From UHGV virus genome UHGV-1599541: 24,846 nt of DNA; one strand, given 5' to 3'. This document shows positions 17,802 to 24,846 of this stretch, piece by piece (within the stretch, counting starts at the first letter, position 1; each line of letters opens with the position of its first letter). The notes beneath the pieces are model-generated. The model was not told where the DNA came from. It made no database searches and worked only from the letters and a program-made list of their open reading frames with translations. Position numbers and translations under genes: made by a program. This DNA comes from a virus.

Positions 17802-18998
17802 TCAGTTAGATCTGATAAATTCAATACGGTCAAACACTGCTTTTGCAAAATCTTCCGCAGCAATTCGCGCGTTCTTCAATGCATCAGCACTACCAACATA
17901 CGTTGCCGGGTTAGCTGAAATAACAGTGTCAAAAGACTCGCCGCAGCGTTCAAAACCGTCAAGGCGAGGGAGGACGACATCGAGCATATCCCCACCGAAC
18001 ACTTCTTTAGCCAGGCTATGGCAATACTTATGGTCTGCCTTGTTACTCAACTTGGACATAAAACCAATGTTAGTCGCAAGCTGGCACTCGCAGCCTTCAT
18101 CCGAAATGAGTTTCACCAACTCAGGAAGGCGGGCAACGTATTTAAGCGATGAGTGGAAATCAACCGTTGCAGGCGGCAGAGGTGTAAACAGTATATTGGC
18201 CGAGGCCAAAGCATTTTTCAGGAAGGCGTCAAGGTGAGGACCACTATCAACGAGGATAAAGTCATAATCGCTCTTCAGCTTATCAATCACATTTTCTTTC
18301 AGGACAGCATGGATGTTCTGACCCGGTAGATGCTCATTGCACAGCTCTCTCCAATCGGATGCAATAAAGGCATCGTCAATCGACGCAGGCATAACGTCAA
18401 CCCCAGGTACAACAGAAGGAACAATAAACTCCTCTAACAGCTCTTCACGGCTTACATTCTGCAACATAGCCTGTGCAGATGTTGCGTTTACGATACCAAT
18501 AGAGTGTTTATGGCTTAAAAACATCGTTGCTGAAGATTGCGGATCAAGGTCAATAACCAGAATCCTTAAATCTTCCATCAGAAGATGAGGGTGAGCACGC
18601 ATTGCATGCGCCAGAGAAACCGTCGATACAGTTTTTGACACACCGCCTTTAAGATTGGAGATGAAAATCACATACGCTTCGCTGTAGCGATCCCGGTATT
18701 TTGGCACTCCGCGATGTTCATATATGTCAATGATGTTCTGAATTGACATCGCATATTTCATTGAAGAGCCAGCAGGGCGTTTATCGAAAACATAACCCTT
18801 TTCTTCCATTTCACTCACGGCATAGTCAACGTTCGCTCGAGTCAGTAGAGGCAATTTTGCCAGTGCCGCTTTCGCATAGACCTGGTAAAACTCGTTCGCG
18901 TGTAGCTCATCCTTTTGCAACTGTACTTGTTCAGTCAGAACATTGAGCATTCTGTTTGCTCTTTGAGCAACCTTGTGAAGCTGGCTGGAATCACTCAT
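17802..18998 (-). CDS. parA: Partition ATPase ParA (398 aa), type Ia with N-terminal DNA-binding extension
   Basis: ORF track; deviant Walker A NLKGGVSKT; sequence recognised as P1 ParA (MSDSSQLHKVAQRANRMLNVL...). Confidence 0.9.
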   Translation of the reverse strand: MSDSSQLHKVAQRANRMLNVLTEQVQLQKDELHANEFYQVYAKAALAKLPLLTRANVDYAVSEMEEKGYVFDKRPAGSSMKYAMSIQNIIDIYEHRGVPKYRDRYSEAYVIFISNLKGGVSKTVSTVSLAHAMRAHPHLLMEDLRILVIDLDPQSSATMFLSHKHSIGIVNATSAQAMLQNVSREELLEEFIVPSVVPGVDVMPASIDDAFIASDWRELCNEHLPGQNIHAVLKENVIDKLKSDYDFILVDSGPHLDAFLKNALASANILFTPLPPATVDFHSSLKYVARLPELVKLISDEGCECQLATNIGFMSKLSNKADHKYCHSLAKEVFGGDMLDVVLPRLDGFERCGESFDTVISANPATYVGSADALKNARIAAEDFAKAVFDRIEFIRSN

Positions 18999-19271
18999 CG
19001 AAAGTCATCCTTTATGCTGTATTTTTGAATTTAATTAAAAATGCTGCATAAAATAATAATGTATGCGTAGATGCTTGTACATAGCATTCTCTGCATGCTT
19101 ACTCCTTTGCAAGGTGTGTCACAACATGCTTTGGCATCCTCCACGCATAAAGGACGCGGATTTCTTCTACGTTCAGGTTGTAGCCTGAATCATTTTGGTG
19201 ATTTCCTGCTTCAACGGGCAGCTAGGCTTCACTCTCTATCAACTGGTGAGAACGGCTTGCCCGGCAGCTTC

Positions 19272-19556
19272 GATGTGTGCTGGAGGGAGAATAAAAGTTT
19301 AAGATGTGCGATAGAGGGAAGTCGCATTGAATTATGTGCTGTGGAGGGATCACTGGTATCAAATATGTGTGCTGGAGGGAAAGACAGAGAATTACATGTG
19401 CACTGGAGGGAAAAACAGATGTACAGATGTGTGCTGGAGGGAAAGTCTGGGCAAACTGCGGGGCATCCCCCTCCAGCGCACATCAAAAACAGGAAATTGG
19501 ACAAGCCTTCCCGGCAGCACACATTTTTTTAATGCAGCTTCCCTCCAGCACACACT
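19272..19556. repeat. incA: incA copy-control locus: nine 19-bp RepA iterons (six in one orientation, three inverted)
   Basis: Core TGTGCTGGAGGGA at about 19272, 19303, 19332, 19364, 19394 and 19425; inverted copies (CCCTCCAGCACACA-type) at about 19466, 19507 and 19538; the last copy abuts the repA stop. Confidence 0.85.
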
Positions 19557-20416
19557 TATTCGGGGAGTTTCAGCTTTGGATTGCGAGAATGGACGATTAC
19601 AAAACTTTCCCGGCCTTTCTTCTCAATTGAACAGTCGAGATAGCCGATTGTTTTAAGCTGTTCTATCGCTTTCTTAATGATACGGTTTTGCTCGCCAACA
19701 GCTGACTGTAAAGCCAGGCGCTCACGGATTCGCGCGAACGATAGCGGCAACGGGTTCTGCGGAAGGCTTTCGATGAAAGTGTAAATGGCTTGTGCAGCTT
19801 CTTTCTTCGGAAGGGCACGCAAGGCGTGGTGCTGCAACAGGACGCGATAATCAAGCTGGAACAGCTCCCACAGCTTCGAATCAGCCTCCAGCTCTATCAG
19901 ATCAAGGTCAGCATCAAAACGCCCGACCTTCAGCAGACCAGTCTGATAGCCGCCTTTAGCATCTTTTCCGCGCTTAAAAGCGATACCCTTGTTACGCAAG
20001 CGTCCAAGTGATTCATGAATGGTTAAACGCAGTTTCGCATCCAGACGTTTTGAGGGGAAACCACAGGCTTTAGCGAATTCCTGAAACGATAACTGGATGG
20101 TGTTTGAGGACAAGCCGTATTTGCTGAACGCGTAGATGACACCGATCCACGTTTTGAAATCAGTATCCATATCGAGTCGAGGACCGGTGATTTTAATATC
20201 ATCGTAACCCTCGGCTTTAGCTATCTCCAGCTGGGAAAACGCTTTGGTTGCATCAATCTCTTTACTTTCTCCTTTGCTCTTTGATGGCTTCGGCACGAAT
20301 ACCCCCAAGCGCATCAACGCTACAGGCTGCACAGTGTTGTTTGAATTAACTGTTAGTTCTTTTGCCTTACTTTCAATGTCTGCGTAAAGAATATCGGAGA
20401 TAAAAGATTGATTCAT
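19556..20416 (-). CDS. repA: Plasmid replication initiator RepA (286 aa)
   Basis: ORF track; flanked by iteron arrays on both sides; sequence recognised as P1 RepA (MNQSFISDILYADIESKAKELTV...). Confidence 0.9.
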   Translation of the reverse strand: MNQSFISDILYADIESKAKELTVNSNNTVQPVALMRLGVFVPKPSKSKGESKEIDATKAFSQLEIAKAEGYDDIKITGPRLDMDTDFKTWIGVIYAFSKYGLSSNTIQLSFQEFAKACGFPSKRLDAKLRLTIHESLGRLRNKGIAFKRGKDAKGGYQTGLLKVGRFDADLDLIELEADSKLWELFQLDYRVLLQHHALRALPKKEAAQAIYTFIESLPQNPLPLSFARIRERLALQSAVGEQNRIIKKAIEQLKTIGYLDCSIEKKGRESFVIVHSRNPKLKLPE

Positions 20417-20694
20417 ATTACTTTTTCCGAATTATGTGGATAGTTTTTATAAGCGGTGATAACTACCCAGGCTTTCCCGTCAGCACACATCCTATATCCC
20501 GCCAGCACACATTAGCAACCCGTCAGCACACATTTTTATCCCTCCAGCACACATCGTTTTCCCTCCAGCACACATCGCGATACACTTCTAAGCCAGACGT
20601 GGCGCGGTCTGCAACGATCAGGGATCTATATGGATCTAATTGGGATCTGTATGGACCTAATTATTGGATCTATCCAGTGGATAATGTGGATAAG
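20417..20694. other. oriR: Plasmid origin oriR: DnaA boxes, incC iterons and GATC-rich heptamer repeats
   Basis: DnaA-box-like TGTGGATAG 20435-20443; tandem AGTGGATAA / TGTGGATAA at 20676-20693; five GATC within 20616-20670 in TGGATCT-type heptamers; five iterons between. Confidence 0.7.
20474..20578. repeat. incC: incC: five directly repeated 19-bp RepA iterons upstream of repA
   Basis: CCAGCACACAT-type cores at about 20474, 20496, 20518, 20539 and 20560, spaced 21-23 bp (about two helical turns). Confidence 0.85.
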
Positions 20695-20695
20695 T

Positions 20696-20720
20696 GAAAA
20701 ACCGGCCAACAAAGCCGGTT
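20696..20720 (-). terminator. Rho-independent terminator at the end of the minus-strand operon, facing oriR
   Basis: Stem ACCGGC / GCCGGT with loop CAACAAA; on the minus strand the hairpin is followed by UUUU. Confidence 0.55.
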
Positions 20721-20734
20721 GGAAGGAAGCCGTA

Positions 20735-21127
20735 TTATTCTACGCTTTCGATGAGAAGGCCATGTTCATAACATTTAAGCTCATCGCCTTCGTACAGGAA
20801 TTGGTATCCAATACCACCATTTTCATGGACATTAGGGAATAACTCATAACTCACTGAAGAGCAAATCACACCAATGCAGCGATCAACGCCCTCTCGTTCT
20901 TCAGTGCTGAAAAAATCCTCTTCGGTAAGAACATGAGTACATTGCTCATCAGCATAGGTCGGAAATACATGCTCGATGCAATCCGGGTGTTTTAAACCAA
21001 GCTGATCGGCAAGCTCGAAAGCATGACGGTATTGTTCAGATCCTGGCTTGCCAACAGTGATGTGCTCAATTTTGTAGATTGAAGTCGCTTTGTTGATAGT
21101 TTGCTTTACTGTTACTTTATCAGACAT
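20735..21127 (-). CDS. Hypothetical protein (130 aa), last gene of the spanin-containing operon
   Basis: ORF track; SD AAGGGA 6 nt upstream; the o-spanin-like stop TAA lies just upstream. No recognisable domain. Confidence 0.55.
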   Translation of the reverse strand: MSDKVTVKQTINKATSIYKIEHITVGKPGSEQYRHAFELADQLGLKHPDCIEHVFPTYADEQCTHVLTEEDFFSTEEREGVDRCIGVICSSVSYELFPNVHENGGIGYQFLYEGDELKCYEHGLLIESVE

Positions 21128-21138
21128 AAAAATCCCTT

Positions 21139-21471
21139 TTAGTTACCGCTGATAGCGCGGTTGTAATCATTAACGTTGCGATTCTTCCTGTTAATCCCCA
21201 TCAGCATCGTTTCTGTATCAAGGATATAGGCTGGCAGATCATCAAAATATTCACTGCTAAACTCTGGCATCCTGCACATAAATGCACTTTTGGGGGCAGG
21301 GTGGTTAACCTTTGTCGGCGTCGGCGTTAAATTCGCTGATCGACTCCCGGAGCAACCGCTGAGTGTCAGCAGGAATGCGCTGGCGAACATTACCCGCCGC
21401 AACCAGTTGTTTCTGAACTTCAGCTTTTCGTTCCATTTGCCTGTCAGCATATTTGGCTTGTTCTGATTCAT
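21139..21471 (-). CDS. o-spanin-like outer-membrane lipoprotein (Rz1-type), overlapping the upstream gene in another frame
   Basis: Lipobox LTLSGC; mature part about 70 aa, Pro-rich (LTPTPTKVNHPAPK) with one Cys; the start is either ATG 21471 (SD AGGAAGTG) or internal Met at 21390. Overlaps 21305-21727 by 86-167 bp. Confidence 0.55.
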   Translation of the reverse strand: MNQNKPNMLTGKWNEKLKFRNNWLRRVMFASAFLLTLSGCSGSRSANLTPTPTKVNHPAPKSAFMCRMPEFSSEYFDDLPAYILDTETMLMGINRKNRNVNDYNRAISGN

Positions 21472-21727
21472 TTTTCACTTCCTGGCTGTGAAAATGTTGA
21501 TCCGCTTTATTCATCGTCTCAATGGTCTGGTTAAGATCACTGATTGACTTATCGCGCTCCTTAACAGCCTGATCAAGGCTGCCAATTTTTTCCAAGGCTT
21601 GCTTTAACTGATAACGTTCCCATGCAAACCCAGCACCAACAAGTGCGCAAATCAGGACAAGAACACCAGTAACAGCAAGTTTCTCCTTCAAAGACAAAGC
21701 TGTTTTTAACGTTGAAAAAAACGACAT
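21305..21727 (-). CDS. i-spanin-like protein (Rz-type): N-terminal TM helix plus periplasmic coiled coil (140 aa)
   Basis: SD AGGAGGAA 5 nt upstream; TM LAVTGVLVLICALVGAGFAW; charged helical C-terminal region; classic overlapped arrangement with the lipoprotein gene. Confidence 0.6.
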   Translation of the reverse strand: MSFFSTLKTALSLKEKLAVTGVLVLICALVGAGFAWERYQLKQALEKIGSLDQAVKERDKSISDLNQTIETMNKADQHFHSQEVKNESEQAKYADRQMERKAEVQKQLVAAGNVRQRIPADTQRLLRESISEFNADADKG

Positions 21728-21766
21728 TTCTTCCTCCTGAAGAAAAATTATCTGTGAAGTCCTTTG

Positions 21767-22555
21767 TTAAAGTGTCGCCTTGTTTAATTCATCAAGAACA
21801 GAATCAGGAACCAAAGCTGCGACTGCGCTGGCGGTGCTGGCCTTATTTGCTGATGCTTCCGCCAGCGCGGTTCCGATAGCATGGTTATAAGCAGTTATGG
21901 CTACGTTGGCGCTTTCATTCGCTCGTTCATACTGCTGTTGTAACGCAGTTGTGGACGCTGTTGTCTGGTTGAAAACAACCCCAAACTGTTCAGTTGCTAC
22001 TTTCAGAGATTCAATTTGCTCTTCTGTTAGTGCTGGTGGGGGAGTGACTGCGCCGCCACCTGAATCAGAGCCTGACGAGCTTCCTGAGCCTGTGTTAAGG
22101 GTCTGGTTAATGTCCCCCATAGCAGCGACTAAACTCGACGTATTAAGCGCATTTACAGCGTCCTCAAGCGATTTCGTTGTAGTCGCGTCACCAATGGCAA
22201 TAGAGATCGGCAGTTCTGATACTTCTCGCTCATTAGCACGGCAGTAAACATCCCAACCAATATCGAGTTGAAGGAGCATTGACAGATCAGCATAACCAGC
22301 CAACAGGTCCGCGTGCTGAGTTGCCAGCCCTCCAATATTCGTTAAACCGGTTGCGGTTGTTCTGATCGTTGAAACATAGCTGGTAATAGTGTCGGGATAG
22401 ACAATTGTATCCAGAATTAATCCGGTCAATTCTTCTGCAAGCAGTTTTGCTGTGTTAGCACTGTTTCGTGCCGATGTTATGGCACCAGGTGTTTTCATCC
22501 CACCGGCGGCGGCCAATTTTTTATATGCGGATAACTGGTAGTCTTTTTCCAGCAT
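21767..22555 (-). CDS. Hypothetical Ala/Thr/Ser-rich protein with Gly/Ser linker (262 aa)
   Basis: ORF track ORF 21767-22612; the start is placed at ATG 22555 because of SD TAGGAG 6 nt upstream and no overlap with the preceding gene. Contains GSGSSSGSDSGGG linker. Confidence 0.5.
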   Translation of the reverse strand: MLEKDYQLSAYKKLAAAGGMKTPGAITSARNSANTAKLLAEELTGLILDTIVYPDTITSYVSTIRTTATGLTNIGGLATQHADLLAGYADLSMLLQLDIGWDVYCRANEREVSELPISIAIGDATTTKSLEDAVNALNTSSLVAAMGDINQTLNTGSGSSSGSDSGGGAVTPPPALTEEQIESLKVATEQFGVVFNQTTASTTALQQQYERANESANVAITAYNHAIGTALAEASANKASTASAVAALVPDSVLDELNKATL

Positions 22556-22563
22556 GATATCTC

Positions 22564-22848
22564 CTAACTTACCTGAACCAGGCCGTCTCCTGACGCTACG
22601 GTAGAGCCGCATGAAACAGGGTCACCAACGCATACGACCCCTTTACCATTGACGGTAAACCATGCCCTGGTTGATATAGCTTGCCCACCGTGCGTACTGT
22701 TTCCATCGGTATGCTGTGCATATTGCTTACCATCAACTAACACTTCGACTCCGTTGACTTTAAGTAGTGGTTCACTCTCTACAGGAGGCCTGGATGGGAA
22801 TCCTCCGTGCCCCGAACAAATGCTGTCTTTTGTTGCAATACTTGCCAC
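22564..22848 (-). CDS. Small Gly/Cys/His-rich protein (94 aa), possibly PAAR-like; GTG start
   Basis: ORF track; repeated motifs resembling PAAR-type spike-tip proteins (CSGHGG, VNGVEVLVDG, FTVNGKGVVCVGDPVSCG). Weak, unverified similarity. Confidence 0.45.
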   Translation of the reverse strand: MASIATKDSICSGHGGFPSRPPVESEPLLKVNGVEVLVDGKQYAQHTDGNSTHGGQAISTRAWFTVNGKGVVCVGDPVSCGSTVASGDGLVQVS

Positions 22849-22929
22849 GTTATCACCAATGATTTGCTCTGATTTTCGTTATTTTAACTTAGGTTGTTTG
22901 TGGTCTACATGGCGTTTACTTATTAAAAA

Positions 22930-22946
22930 ATTGCTCTAATAAATAT
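22930..22946 (+). promoter_or_regulatory. C1 operator-like 17-mer in a divergent promoter region
   Basis: ATTGCTCTAATAAATAT, 16/17 to the C1 operator consensus; lies between the minus-strand operon start (22848) and the plus-strand small-ORF start (23018). Confidence 0.6.
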
Positions 22947-23017
22947 TGTTTTTTGTGTCGTGTTTTCGATACCATTCAGCCATCGCCCTTCAATGGGCAT
23001 TTGTTTGGAGTCGTCAA

Positions 23018-23302
23018 ATGCAGATGGAGCTAATAAGCCGCAAGGAGTTCGATAGCCGTGTAACCAGCGGTGAACTCGACAACTTGCAGGCTATCAAGGT
23101 GAAAGAAGGCTTTTGCCTCATTGGGAATCAGAGCGGAACAAATCGCGTTTTTATGCTTCGCCGTACGGATTTGAAGCCATTTGTCTGGAAGAACGAAATT
23201 GGTCCCAGCTCATACGCTCAAACGAGGGGGTGCCACAACCTGGCCTTTTTCTACAAAGACGAGCTTTCTGTGGTTGATATTCAAGGGTTACAACATGTTT
23301 AA
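23018..23302 (+). CDS. Hypothetical protein (94 aa) upstream of the RdgC homolog
   Basis: Track ORF 22946-23302; start placed at ATG 23018 (SD TGGAG 8 nt upstream); overlaps the next gene start by 8 nt. Confidence 0.5.
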   Translation: MQMELISRKEFDSRVTSGELDNLQAIKVKEGFCLIGNQSGTNRVFMLRRTDLKPFVWKNEIGPSSYAQTRGCHNLAFFYKDELSVVDIQGLQHV

Positions 23303-24200
23303 GCACTGGAAAAACATTACTATTTATAAACTTTCTCGTGAGGCGGATCTGACCGACTTAGAAGATAAAAAGAAAATGATCCTTTTCACGCCATGCGGTA
23401 GTCAGGATATGGCCAAGTTCGGTTTTGTATCGCCATTTGGTGATAATTCCGAAGTTATCGCTATGCATGGAAATGGTTTTATCCTTGTTGAAGCAAAGCG
23501 CGAAACAAAAATTCTTCCCCCGCCGGTTATCCAGCGAGCTATTCAAGAAAAAATTGAAAAACTTGAGCAAGAACAAGCGCGTAAACTGAAGAAAACAGAG
23601 AAGGACTCCCTGAAAGACGAAGTTCTGCATTCTCTTCTGCCACGGGCTTTTTCAAAGTTTTCTGTTATCCAGGCGATCTACGACGGTTCAACTAAACGTA
23701 TCTATATCAATGCCAGCGCGCGGCAGGCAGAGGATATGCTCGCGCTTATGCGTAAGTCTCTGGGTTCTCTTCCTGTTGTTCCCCTGAGTGTTGAAAATCC
23801 CATTGAATTAACGCTGACCGACTGGGTACGTGATGGTAGTGCTCCACAGGGATTTCAAATGGGGGATGCGGCAGAACTTAAGGCAGTGCTTGAGGATGGC
23901 GGTATTGCCCGAGTGAAAAAGCAGGATTTGGGAAGCGATGAAATTTCCACACACCTGGAAGCTGGCAAGCTCGTCACTAAGTTGGCACTCGACTGGCAGA
24001 ACCGCATTAAATTTACTCTGGACCATAACTTCAGCCTTACCAGCGTCAAATTTGCGGATGAATTGCTTGAGCAGAACTCTGATATTGATAGTGAAGATGT
24101 TGCGCAGCGACTGGACGCAGATTTCTTCCTGTTGACCAGTGAAATTTCGTGCCTGGTTGATGCTCTGGTAAATGCCCTTGGTGGAGAGGCTAAGCAGTGA
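23295..24200 (+). CDS. hrdC: RdgC homolog (recombination-associated DNA-binding protein), 301 aa
   Basis: From internal ATG 23295 (SD AAGGG), the protein aligns along its length with E. coli RdgC as I recall it ([73 protein letters not shown]). Confidence 0.85.
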   Translation: MFKHWKNITIYKLSREADLTDLEDKKKMILFTPCGSQDMAKFGFVSPFGDNSEVIAMHGNGFILVEAKRETKILPPPVIQRAIQEKIEKLEQEQARKLKKTEKDSLKDEVLHSLLPRAFSKFSVIQAIYDGSTKRIYINASARQAEDMLALMRKSLGSLPVVPLSVENPIELTLTDWVRDGSAPQGFQMGDAAELKAVLEDGGIARVKKQDLGSDEISTHLEAGKLVTKLALDWQNRIKFTLDHNFSLTSVKFADELLEQNSDIDSEDVAQRLDADFFLLTSEISCLVDALVNALGGEAKQ

Positions 24201-24846
24201 AAGAGCTGTGCTATGGATCTGTTTGCAGTGGAATTGAAGCCGCGAGTATTGCCTGGGAACCGTTGGGTATGCGTCCGGCGTGGTTTGCTGAAATCGAGCC
24301 TTTTCCATCAGCCGTTCTTGCGCACCGCTGGCCCCATGTCGCCAACCTTGGAGACATGACAAAACTTGCCAAAAAAGTCCTGGCAGGGGAAATCGAATCC
24401 CCTGATGTGCTCGTCGGGGGAACACCTTGTCAGGCATTCAGTATCGCGGGATTACGTGGTGGGCTTGATGATGAGCGTGGCGCGCTAACTTTAAAGTATG
24501 TGGAGCTTGCAAATGCAATTGACGACAAACGGGCTGAGTCATTTCTCAAACCAGCCGTTATCGTCTGGGAAAATGTCCCAGGAGTCTTGTCATCGGCAGA
24601 TAATGCCTTCGGATGTTTCCTTGCCGGATTGGCTGGAGAAGATGTGCCATTTGAACCAGGTGATCGACCTGAATCAGGAAAAAGTAACGCGTTCTGGCGG
24701 TGGGATGGCAAAACCGGTTGCCATGCTCCAAAGTGGCCGCAGTGTGGTTGTATTTATGGACCGCAGCGAAAGGTGGCCTGGAGAATCCTTGATGCCCAAT
24801 ACTTCGGAGTGGCACAACGACGCCGACGCGTGTTTGTTGTCGCAAG
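24197..24846 (+). CDS. C5-cytosine DNA methyltransferase, N-terminal 216 codons (continues beyond window end); GTG start
   Basis: Frame translation from GTG 24197 (SD GGAGAGG 24183-24189): motif I-like GSVCSGIEA, motif [14 protein letters not shown], motif VI ENVPG, motif VIII QRRRRVF. Start overlaps the RdgC-homolog stop (GTGA). Not in the ORF track, which omits ORFs lacking a stop in the window. Confidence 0.8.
   Translation, partial: MKELCYGSVCSGIEAASIAWEPLGMRPAWFAEIEPFPSAVLAHRWPHVANLGDMTKLAKKVLAGEIESPDVLVGGTPCQAFSIAGLRGGLDDERGALTLKYVELANAIDDKRAESFLKPAVIVWENVPGVLSSADNAFGCFLAGLAGEDVPFEPGDRPESGKSNAFWRWDGKTGCHAPKWPQCGCIYGPQRKVAWRILDAQYFGVAQRRRRVFVVA

Noticed and set aside
19071-19656. ORFs of 153 aa, 109 aa and 98 aa across the incA region
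   Set aside because: The reading frames are artefacts of the repeated iteron sequence (the same peptide motif recurs with each iteron); the region is regulatory DNA.
19272-20578. Short direct repeats that could be mistaken for a CRISPR array
   Set aside because: Repeat unit is 19 bp with irregular 2-13 bp spacing, mixed orientation and no spacer-like unique sequences; they flank repA as iterons. No cas genes are present.
24558-24845. 95-aa minus-strand ORF at the window end
   Set aside because: It is antisense to the C5-methyltransferase reading frame, which carries canonical motifs IV, VI and VIII.

Overview
This window reads as a segment of a P1-like phage-plasmid (Enterobacteriaceae), covering both the plasmid-maintenance core and phage modules. 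Calls rest on my own translation and on recalled family signatures; no database search was run, so gene names are recognitions from memory and should be confirmed by BLAST. Left to right: (1) the 5' ~990 codons of a large tail injection/tape-measure protein with a lytic transglycosylase domain (sit-like, minus strand, runs off the window start), preceded by three co-oriented tail-module genes; (2) a SlyB-like lipoprotein plus a secreted coiled-coil protein, divergent from the immunity region; (3) the immI-type region: C1-operator-like 17-mer, c4 antisense RNA with duplicated target boxes, icd, ant1/ant2, then kilA and repL; (4) a minus-strand morphogenesis operon (putative head protein, sheath, an unusual acidic protein with a polybasic tail, small tail proteins); (5) the partition and replication core: parS, parB, parA, nine incA iterons, repA, five incC iterons and oriR with DnaA boxes and a GATC cluster; (6) a minus-strand operon ending in an overlapping spanin-like pair; (7) a divergent operon of a small ORF, an RdgC homolog and a GTG-initiated C5-cytosine methyltransferase that runs off the window end. 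I found no CRISPR array, tRNA, rRNA or transposase. The backbone is well-characterised biology and I see no clearly foreign inserted block; the least-explained items are the envelope protein pair, the spanin-like pair and its upstream genes, and the acidic/polybasic protein.
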